64,000 nucleotides of DNA, from positions 42,594,001-42,658,000 of the forward strand of contig NC_134468.1 of assembly GCF_964194025.1 (NCBI RefSeq), in the 5' to 3' direction. The stretch is from Convolutriloba macropyga. Its lineage: Eukaryota. The translations under genes and the position numbers were made by a program. Below, piece after piece: positions 51,007 to 60,900 of this stretch (position 1 is the first letter of the stretch; each line of letters opens with the position of its first letter). The notes below the pieces were generated by a model. That model worked only from the letters and a program-made list of their open reading frames with translations, did no database searches and was not told where the DNA came from.

Positions 51007-52395
51007 CTACAAAACTCTCCGATCCCAATTAATTCTTAGTTTACCATTAACATTTTTATTTTTAGTTATATCAATGACAATATAATTATAAGGCTCTTTC
51101 CATACCTTATTACATATATTAGCAAAATCGTTATAACTAAGTTCAACATTATTAAAGAAATCTTGATATATAGATATGAGGACTTTACCTCTCTGTTCAA
51201 ATAAAATAAATAGATTACAGTTCCCTCTAACACTCTGCCTATCCAGAGAGAACAGGTTTTGATTAAGATATATCATATTACAGTTATTATGTCTACCTCT
51301 ACAAAAGTATTCATTAATAACTGGTTCTTTGGCTCTAACATCATCGAATATCATTAGTTTCTTTAAGTCTTTGGGTAGTTTATCGGGAGATGGCAAATCT
51401 TTTATATCTTTAATAAATTCAACATCTGCTTTTGGGTTTATTCTTTCTATACCATGGTACTGATCACCAGTAGGTCCAATGATGTATAGCTTATCAAAGT
51501 ATATACTAGCTAGAATTAGTTTTTTCAATAAGAATGTCTTACCACATTCACTAGGACCAGATATTATACATCTAAAGTTATCTGGGAATGCGGCTTCAGT
51601 AATTATATCATCATCATTTAACCATAAATATAGATCATCATTTATGTTTACAAATATCGGTGAAACCGCTTCACGGATATTATTAGTAGGACTATTACTA
51701 ATGCTATTACTATTTCTATCCCTATTAGATTTACTCCTTTGATATTTTTCATCAAATAGATATATAAAATTATCATTATCATTATCATTATCATTATCAA
51801 TGACATTATCCTTATCATTAACATTATCATTATCATTAACATTATCATTATCATTACTAGTAAAGCTACTTCGTAGATCATTAACATTATCATTAACATT
51901 ATCCTTATCTTTATCACCACCTCTACTACAACTTAAACAAGAACACTCATTATATATTCCTGGATATTTACATTGATTAACTAGAATATTCAAAGCACTT
52001 TTAATTCTAAATCCTCTATCAATAAGATAGATCATATATAAACAATAAGCCCCACAATAAGATTCATCATATTGTTGTATTCCCTCATTAGAGCCTAGAT
52101 CAACATATTCTTCTAAAAATAAAGGTGGAGTTTCTACACCAAAACTATCAAAGTAATATGTTGGACCACCTTCTCTTCTTATAACTAAAACGCAATGTGT
52201 ACCTTCAGTTGGATGTAGATTTACAATAATGTTAGAGTTAGGTTCACTTACCATTTCTGGTTTATCATCTCTCATTACAATCTCAATAGGTGTTAGACTT
52301 ATATCTTTACCTATATCTTTTATTCTGATACCACTCATAGCATTATTATCAATATTAAATTTATTATTGAATTCCACAAAAGTTAGGATGAGCAT
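51007..52395 (-). CDS. Adenain-like cysteine protease fused via a DN-repeat linker to an A32/FtsK-like packaging ATPase
   Basis: Protease GTH, YFDSFG, IQ..SYCGAYC; ATPase Walker A GPSECGKT, Walker B LMIFDD, RGRH, LNQ, VRGN; uninterrupted 462-aa ORF. Confidence 0.9.
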   Translation of the reverse strand: MLILTFVEFNNKFNIDNNAMSGIRIKDIGKDISLTPIEIVMRDDKPEMVSEPNSNIIVNLHPTEGTHCVLVIRREGGPTYYFDSFGVETPPLFLEEYVDLGSNEGIQQYDESYCGAYCLYMIYLIDRGFRIKSALNILVNQCKYPGIYNECSCLSCSRGGDKDKDNVNDNVNDLRSSFTSNDNDNVNDNDNVNDKDNVIDNDNDNDNDNFIYLFDEKYQRSKSNRDRNSNSISNSPTNNIREAVSPIFVNINDDLYLWLNDDDIITEAAFPDNFRCIISGPSECGKTFLLKKLILASIYFDKLYIIGPTGDQYHGIERINPKADVEFIKDIKDLPSPDKLPKDLKKLMIFDDVRAKEPVINEYFCRGRHNNCNMIYLNQNLFSLDRQSVRGNCNLFILFEQRGKVLISIYQDFFNNVELSYNDFANICNKVWKEPYNYIVIDITKNKNVNGKLRINWDRRVL

Positions 52396-52479
52396 TTTTA
52401 TATAATAAATTTATTAAATCTAAGTCTAATTATAAGTCTAAGTCTAAATCTAAATCAAATCTATATTTATTATATAAAA

Positions 52480-54230
52480 ATTGAAACAGGTAGTGCAGTT
52501 TTTGTTTTTATTATTATAATTGGCATTTGTTATATAATATATGATTCAATACCAAGTAAATATACAAAACTAGAAGAAAGCTTTGGTGGATTTATGAATA
52601 GGAGTCTAGTTAGATTTGAATATGAAAAGTCACCACTACATACTTTTGTTTATGGTGGAACTGGAACGGGTAAAACATATTTTATTAGACAATACTTATA
52701 GTTATACTTAGACCATGATCAAGTTCAAAATCAAGTTCAAGATCAAGTTCAACATCAAGTTCAAGATCAAGATCAAGTTCAAGATCAAGTTCAAGATCAG
52801 GTTCAAGATCAAGTTCAACATCAAGTTCAAGATCAAGATCAAGTTCAAGATCAAGTTCAAGATCAAGTTCAACATCAAGTTCAAGATCAAGTTCAAGATC
52901 AAGACCAAAGGTCCATAGTTATAGTTTGTAAAGATGACAGAGACTGGATAGATCCTGAGTCTAATAAGTTTTATACTGGGTTTAATAAATGTGATATAAA
53001 TATGATCACAAAAAATAATATGCATAAGTTTCAAAATTGTGTAATAGTACTTGATGATATGGGTGACAGGTTAAATAAGGATATAGCTTATTATATTGCT
53101 GAAGGTAGACATTATAATTTTCAAATGATTGTAATGTGTCATAAACCAGCTCAAATAATTAATACAGCAAGAATGAGTTGTGATACTATTTACCTAACAA
53201 CTTATAATGGACCTGACCTATTTAAAAACTTTAATGAGATATATAAATTTGAAATGACTTCAATAAAATAATTAGTGAATTAAATAGTAACTATTATAAT
53301 TGTACAGATGGAATGTCAGATGAACTTCGCTATGGTATAATTAAATATAATAAAAAGGAAAATACTTTTATTATTATTAGTAATAATAGAACAATGATAT
53401 ATGATTCAAGAGTTGGTTTCCTTGATTTAAAAGCTCTTAGTTTAAAAGATGATTTAGAAAGAGAAGATATAAATAAACTTATAGCATATATGATGATTAA
53501 TGCAACAGATAGAAATGTTATTAATCATGATAATTATCAGTTTTATTTTAATAAACTTCTTACTTTAAAAAATATTAAAATTCAGAATGATGTTTTAACA
53601 AAAGAGATGATTAAGGGAAATGGGTATGAAAATTTTATCAAATATTGGTGGAATTATAGGCACAGGTTTATTTATATTTAATTGTTTTTATCCTGATTCA
53701 ATATCAAGAAATGCTGGAACTGTAGCAATGGGAGCAAGTACAATGTTGAGTAGAGTAAATACATTAGTTAATGTTGGATATGGAGAAGAGTTGGAAGGTG
53801 AAACACGAACAAAGTCCGATTCTTCGATCTGCGAAGCAGGTTCCATGATCCAAGAGGAATATATCGATCGGGGAAGCAGTAATACTGATCAGGGAAGCAG
53901 TTATACTGTGTAACTGTGACTTCGTATCAGCGTAACTGTGACTTCGTCAATGAAGAGATGGGAATTTTGAATAGAAAGGGAGGAAAGTTTTTAAACAAAC
54001 TATATATAAATAATGAAGAATTTAGAGAAGAGATTATAAATTTTGTTAAAGATAAAAAAGACTTAGACCTTGATTTGATCTTAGATAAGAGATGTAAAAC
54101 TAATACACTCAATACTTTAGGAAATAAATATTTAGCAGAGTTTATCACATCTAAAGATAATACTAAAGATTTAATTGAAATCATGGCTAAATATTATCCA
54201 CAAAGTTTGTACACCGATTCTACAGCATAG
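52480..54230 (+). pseudogene. Second A32-like ATPase with N-terminal hydrophobic anchor, DQVQ repeat insert and long C-terminal extension; disrupted
   Basis: Manual translation from 52480 (ATT in the ATG position after TTATATAAAA): ETGSAVFVFIIIIGICYIIY...VYGGTGTGKT, stop at 52699, (DQVQ)n, in frame with VIVLDDMG..EGRH..MCH..TARMS (53002-53271); downstream fragments linked by frameshifts (inferred). Confidence 0.75.
52717..52908. repeat. 12-bp/6-bp tandem repeat GATCAAGTTCAA (encodes DQVQ)
   Basis: Directly visible; preserves the ATPase reading frame. Confidence 0.95.
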
Positions 54231-54347
54231 CTAATATTATCTGCGAATTTGCAAAACAACTCAGTTGAGCAGTTTGGTAAACCATGAACAAAGTTCGTTC
54301 GAGAACCACGAGCAAAGCCCAATCACTGATAATTTTATCTATTAAAA

Positions 54348-55199
54348 ATGCTTTTACAATGTTTAGAGTGTAACTATAAATGTGGAAACATTGCTGTTTT
54401 AAAATATTATTATGAATCATTTCATAAAGATAAAACTGATAAATGCATGTGTGGTAATATAATATTAAGTGGCATTTGTGCTAATGATTTTTCCCCATGG
54501 GGTTGTTCTTTAAAAAATGAATCTAGTTCTAGTTCTAATTCTAGTTCTAACTCTAGTTCTAATTCTAATTCTAATTCTAGTTCTAACCCTAGTTCTAGTT
54601 CTAACCCTAATTCTAACTCTAGTTCTAACCCTAGTTCTAGTTCTAGTTCTAGTTCTGGTTCTGGTTCTAACCCCAGTTCTAGCTCTAGTTCTGGTTCTGG
54701 TTCTATCTATGACTATAACTCTTACTCAGATCCTAACCCTAACCCTAACCTTATCCCTAACCCTAACTTTAACCCCAGCTCAGAAGTATTAACTAGATGC
54801 TGTAATAAGTGTAATTATATAAAACCACTAAATAATTTTGATGAGGGTAAGTAAACATGTAGAAGTTGTACTTCAGCTAAAGTTAATTGTCCATATTGTA
54901 CTTCTGTTGTGAGATATGATGGGATATGGGCTCATGTAAAGAAACAACATCCAGATATAGAATTGACTAGAGGATTTAGTAGAAATATAACTGATCGGTG
55001 TAACCGCTTCGCGGATAAAACAATTAATCCTAGTTGCCCAAGTCCTAGAGCTGTAAGTCCTTTAGTTAATAACCAAACAGAGGAAAATTGTTCATGTAAA
55101 TACTATAATTTTGTATCATTTCTTATTAATAATGGAATAAATATAGAAAAAATAAAAGAAAATATAAATTTATTGAAAAGTATAGATAATTTGAAATAA
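54348..55199 (+). pseudogene. Cys-rich multi-zinc-finger protein with S/N/P hexamer-repeat linker; one in-frame stop at 54852
   Basis: CLEC, CMC, CNKC, then read-through TCRSC..CPYC...HVKKQH in the same frame as 54909-55199. Confidence 0.65.
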
Positions 55200-55397
55200 A
55201 AAGTATAAAAAATAAAAAATGTCAAAAAAGAAGGATTCACTCTTTAAGAGCGAAAAAGAGCGATCTTTTCTACTGGGGATCACTCCGAATAAGAGTGAAT
55301 CACTCTTAAAGAGTGAAATGTAAATTTTGCTTTAATTTTTTGATTTTTTGTTTTTTTTTTGATTTTAATTGATTTTTTTATTGAATTTAGAGCTAAT

Positions 55398-55525
55398 ATA
55401 TAGTAGTGGATAAAACAAGGGATTCAACAAACAGTAAAATTTGGCCCGATTCGACATGCGCGATTAGCGTTAGGAGAAAGGGACAAATTTTGCTGGTGGT
55501 TGAATCCCTTGTTTTATCCACTACT
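55398..55525 (-). repeat. Right TIR (itself a hairpin AGTAGT...ACTACT, 55402-55525)
   Basis: Inverted copy of left TIR; followed by TSD ACCTTT. Confidence 0.95.
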
Positions 55526-55769
55526 ACCTTTGATTTCATAATGAAAAAGTTTTGAAGAAGGTTAACATAAGATGACATGCCCTAGTTCAACTCCAACTAT
55601 TATCTTGCAAGTTCTGGCAAGATTTATGCCTTTGATCGTTAGCTTGCAAGATCGTGCCACGAATTTTTCAAGACTCAATCTTGCTTATGATTAGGCACAA
55701 TCTTGCGACACAACAGTCGGTTTTTGACTATTGTTAATTGTTGATAGTATGCTTTAAACATGCTTTCAC

Positions 55770-56364
55770 CTGTTTTTGCCATCCCACATTCTAGTGTATT
55801 GTATCCCTCATACAAAGTGATGCCCTTGGTCGGACTCACTTTTCTGATGCCAGTCTTTTTGCTAATTGGTGAAGCACAGAAATCCCTCAGCCTTTTTATC
55901 CTCCTCTCTGCCTGCTGTTGATCTGTGTGTGCTTTGTTTTCAATGTCGAAGTCATAAACTGCCTTATATGGAAAGAGATGTTGAATTTTGGAGGGGATTG
56001 CTTCTAACACATACTTAGGGATGCCTTCGATTGCCAGAGAAGATTTTTCATATTTGCTTCTTTTACTTTTCTTGGGATGGCGTTGAACGAACTCGTTCTG
56101 TCCTTCTAATTTTTCTATTTTTTCATCTTCAGACTGTATTTTTTTGCCCCCAATTTGACTATGAGCGGGTGTTGCAGAAAAGTTTGTAGAGCGATGTTTC
56201 CTGTCATAATGAGACGTTTCTTCGATCGAATCTGTATGAGCTCCCGGGGATTTTCTGTTGCTGGCAAACAGATTGAGAAAAGGTAAGCCAATGAACAAAA
56301 AAGCGGCAAGTAGAAGAATGCGGATAAGTAGTCGCTTTAGAAATTTTGGCGAAGTGAATTGCAT
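55770..56364 (-). CDS. Carbohydrate sulfotransferase, exon 1 (type II membrane anchor, stem, start of catalytic domain)
   Basis: TM RILLLAAFLFIGLPFLNLF; R..RL..FC; LECGMAKT-G then donor G|GTGAAA at 55770/55769; phase-1 join to exon 2 gives ~400 aa. Confidence 0.85.
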
Positions 56365-57989
56365 TGTTTGCAACTGATATTTTAATAACCATATACCACA
56401 GAATTGAAAAAATGTTCATATAATCATATTTATTAATGTAAAAGCGTATTTATGTGCAAGATAATGTAAATGCTTTCAATAGTAACATTAGTATATTAAA
56501 CAACGCTCAGAGTAGTAAAAAGATGTAAAGATTGGTAATTTTTATCATGGTTTCTATCAATGAAAAAGCAGCAGAGAGATAGCTAGCAAACATTTTCTGT
56601 AATGATTCGAACCTACACGATTTAAGTGAGCGGTAACTTTTTATCAACTTCTTTAAAACTTGAAAAGTTCAAAAGCCTGCATGAAGAACAATTATTTGGC
56701 TTCGAAAAATTTATCCGTAAAACAATTTTCAAAAACAATTTACTGACTATTACTAAGACCAATTTTGTGGAAAACACTTTTCGGGTCAAATTTTTGTTAT
56801 GTATATCTAAGATGAATTGGTTAAATTAAACACTAGAACCAAAAATAATTAACTTGGTTAACAAAACGGTGATTGTCAATACAACAGATCAACAGTTTTT
56901 GAATCTCATTTCGTCGGCATTTTTTTATTTTTCACATGTAAAATGTATGTTTTTATTCTCCCCACTTTGGTCAGGTAAGAATAAAAAATACATAAATACA
57001 TAAAATTACATAAAAATACATAAAATCTGGTTGGGCAATAACAAGTTTTTGAAAGTTATTCTCATTGTAAGTTTTTGTATTAACTTAATAATAAGACCAC
57101 GTCGATTTCAGAACAGGAAAGAAGAAAAAGTCTAGTTCAAACAGCAAACAAGGCCAACAAGCCCTTCCCATTTCTGTTCCAACACTCCAATTTTTTTCGA
57201 GGGCTAAAAATTTGATAGACACCCAACATTTTTTGTTAAACCATTTTTCAGCTGATCGATATATTTTGCGGAGGAATACAAAAAAAAACATTTATCATTT
57301 GAAAGCTCTTGAAAAATTAAATCAATCGTTGTAGAGATTTTTATTTTTTTAATTTCTGAGAAATTAAAGACCTTTGAGCTCTGAAACTATATTAGTGATA
57401 TTTCGAAAAATGAATGCTATTGTGTATAGCTCAGATCGAACAAAACAGATTATAAAAGGGAATCCCGTAAAAACGCCGGCGGACAAATAAGCGGGGATAT
57501 TCAAAAAAATTTTTCTGAAACTCCTTATCCATTTTTTTCTAGATATATGCACATTCTGAGACGCATATCTACTTGATTAATTGAGTAATTTAAATTACGA
57601 ATCTTAATTCACGAAGCTTAAATTAAATTATTCTCAATCCAATCCTCCGTGAAGGGGGTTATGAAAATTATACGCGCCTGGTTTTCATATTAAAATCTCA
57701 AAAATATTTTCTCAAATAATGATACAAAAACTAGATTCATAATAATTTTTCCTGTTAGTCATAACAGCAACTTGAACGACGTTCAACTTTTCACAATCCA
57801 GATATTTGATAATTAAAGTTGCAAGCATTTTCAACGCAAAAATTTTGTAAAGAGGAAAACGGTTATTATTTTTTAAATAATTTTTTATAATGTTTGCTGC
57901 CCGATTAATAAACCGCAAGTTTTGAAGAATTTTTCTCACAGAACATCTGGCTTTTAAAGGCAATGGGAACGTATTTTTTCGATAAGTAT

Positions 57990-60900
57990 TGTTTTTCAAA
58001 AACAATGGCCCCCCAATTGTTCCACTTACTACCGTGGACAATTTGCTCAAAAAGATTTTTCAGCTCACAATTAGCGCTTTGAATTTGAATAAAAAGTTAC
58101 CGTTTTTTCTCAGAAGAATCCCTCCAACTGTTCCAAACATTACCGTGGACAGTTTGATGTGACAATAAATAAGAGTTTTATTATCTCACAATTAGCGTTA
58201 TGCCTTTGAATAAAAAAGTTCTGTTCTCTTCTGTCTAATAGTTTTGAAGTTTTTGTCCAAATATGGTTTTCTTTATTGTTGTGTTTTTTTATGGTTTACT
58301 GGTTCGCTTCAATTTTATTGGAAATGATTTGAAAATCAAAAAATTTCAACAAATTTCAGAACAAACATTTCCAATTTCTCATTTTTTTCAGGCTTCAAAT
58401 GAGACATCTCGAACTTCAATTTCAAATCACTCTACTACTCTAGTTTTTCAGGGAAAAAAGAGCGCTATAACTCTTCTGACCTATCATATGCAGATGTATA
58501 ACTTTTGCATTGTGTACGTAAAATTGTGCTTCTTCCATGATCATTTTTTTTCTTTGAATTTTTTTTTTTGCAGGGGTTTAATCCCTATGTCACATTACGG
58601 ATCCGCTTTCTGGACATTACGCCTTTCATAAGATTTATAGTAAAGTAACGATAAAAGTTCGCAAGCAGACTAGATTCTGATAACATGTTTGTTTTGACAA
58701 TAGAAGCCAGCTCTTTCAAGTTCTGCAACCTTCCATAATCTACTCTACTTTTCTCGCCGTCAAACAATCTAGCTCAACTTTTTGCTGAGAACGCTATCAT
58801 CGGAACCATTTTGACAACTTTAAAGTAAAAAAAATACCCTTGTGCCTCTGTTTACCGGTCAATTACAATGGAGCCTATCGATTTCCAATCCGAAGAAATA
58901 ACCGAGTTCCATTCCACATGAAAATTTGTATAAAGTATGCTTCCAGCGTAATAAACAAATTTTGGAGGTTTTTGTTCACAGATTAATTGACTTTCAATGG
59001 TCGGAGGGAACGTATTTTATTCTATAAGTATTATTTTTCCGAAGAATCCCTCCAACTGTTCCAAACATTACCGCAGTCGGTTTGATGTGACAATAAATAA
59101 AATAAATAAGAGTTTTGTCATCTCACAATTAGCGTTTTGCTTTTGAAAAAAAAACACTTCTCGTCTGTCTAATAATTTTGAAGTTTTTGTCCACGTGTTG
59201 TTTTCTTTATTGTTGTGTTTTCCTTTTATAGTTTACCGGTTCGCTTCAAGTTTATTGAAAATGATTTGAAACTCAAAAAATTTCAACAAATTTCAGAACA
59301 AACATTTCCAATTTCTCATTTTTTTCAGGCTTCAAATGAGACATCTCGAACTTCAATTTCAAATCACTCTACTACTCTAGTTTTTCAGGGAAAAAAGAGC
59401 GCTATAACTCTTCTGACCTATCATATGCAGATGTATAACTTTTGCATTGTGTACGTAAAATTGTGCTTCTTCCATGATCATTTTTTTCTTTGAATTTTTT
59501 TTGCAGGGGTTTAATCCCTATGTCACATTACGGATCCGCTTTCTGGACATTACGCCTTTCATAAGATTTAAAGTAAAGTAACGATAAAAGTTCGCAAGCA
59601 GACTAGATTCTGATAACATGTTTGTTTTGACAATAGAAGCCAGCTCTTTCAAGTTCTGCAACCTTCCATAATCTACTCTACTTTTCTCGCCGTCAAACAA
59701 TCTAGCTCAACTTTTTGCTGAGAACGCTATCATCGGAACCATTTTGACAACTTTAAAGTAAAAAAATACCCTTGTACCTCTGTTTAACCGTCAATTACAA
59801 TGGAGCCTATCGATTTCCAATCCGAAGAAATAACCGAGTTCCATTCCACATGAAAATATGTATAAAGTATGCTTCCAGCGTAATAAACAAGTTTTGGAGG
59901 TTTTTGTTCACAGATTAACTGACTTTCAATGGTCGGAGGGAACGTATTTTGTTCTATAAGTATTATTTGTCCGAAGAATCCCTCCAACTGTTCCAAACAT
60001 TACCGCAGTCAGTTTGATGTGACAATAAATAAAATAAATAAGAGTTTTGTCATCTCACAATTAGCGTTTTGCTTTTGAAAAGAAAAACACTTCTCGTCTG
60101 TCTAATAATTTTGAAGTTTTTGTCCAAGTGTTGTTTTCTTTATTGTTGTGTTTTCCTTTTGTAGTTTACCGGTTCGCTTCAAGTTTATTGAAACTGATTT
60201 GAAACTCAAAAAATATCAACAAATTTCAGAACAAACATTTCCAATTTCTCATTTTTTTCAGGCTTCAAATGAGACATGTTGAACTTCAATTTCAAATCAC
60301 TCTACTACTCTAGTTTTTCAGGGAAAAAAGAGCACTATAATTCTTCTGACCTATCATATGCAGATGTATAACTTTTGCATTGTGTACGTAAAATTGTGCT
60401 TCTTCCATGATCATTTTTTTTCTTTGAATTTTTTTTGCAGGGGTTTAATCCCCATGTCACATTACGGATCCGCTTTCTGAACATTACGCCTTTCATAAGA
60501 TTTAAAGTAAAGTAACGATAAAGAGTTCGCAAGCAGACTAGATTCTGATAACATGTTTGTATTGACAATAGAAGCCAGCTCTTTCAAGTTCTGCAACCTT
60601 CCATAATCTGCTCTACTTTTCTCGCCGTCAAACAATCTAGCTCAACTTTTTGCTGAGAACGCTATCATCGGAACCATTTTGACAACTTTAAAGTAAAAAA
60701 AATAACTTTTTGCCTCTGTTTAACCGTCAATTACAATGGAGCCTATCGATTTCCAATCCGAAGAAATAACCAAGTTCCATTCCACATGAAAATTTGTATA
60801 AAGTATGCTTCCAGCGTAACAAACAAGTTTTGGAGGTTTTTGTTCACAGATTAACTGACTTTCAATGGTCGGAGGGAACGTATTTTATTCTATAAGTATT

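Larger units (their letters stand above)
38512..55525. mobile_element. Polinton/Maverick (adintovirus-like endogenous dsDNA virus), full-length 17,014 bp, decayed
   Basis: AGTAGT...ACTACT termini, ~125-bp TIRs, perfect 6-bp TSD ACCTTT (38506-38511 / 55526-55531); pPolB, rve integrase, DJR capsid, penton, cysteine protease and A32 ATPase motifs. Confidence 0.97.

Noticed and set aside
52708-53034. ORF-track proteins IKFKIKFK / LNLILNL (also 51648-51920 and 54517-54792)
   Set aside because: Alternative-frame readings of tandem repeats inside real genes
54730-54770. (CCCTAA)n telomere-like repeats
   Set aside because: Only a few units, embedded in frame in a hexamer-repeat linker encoding Pro-Asn; not a telomere
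40646-54854. Programmed read-through or alternative genetic code to explain in-frame stops
   Set aside because: Stops are of all three types, replace different expected residues and co-occur with frameshifts, which indicates ordinary pseudogenisation
55675-55769. C-terminal part of the 232-aa ORF 55675-56373
   Set aside because: Read-through into the intron beyond the GT donor; the catalytic motif continues at 32004
56950-57020. TTTTATTCT...AGAATAAAA inverted repeat plus ATACATAAA repeats, a possible Helentron end
   Set aside because: No matching opposite terminus found in the window
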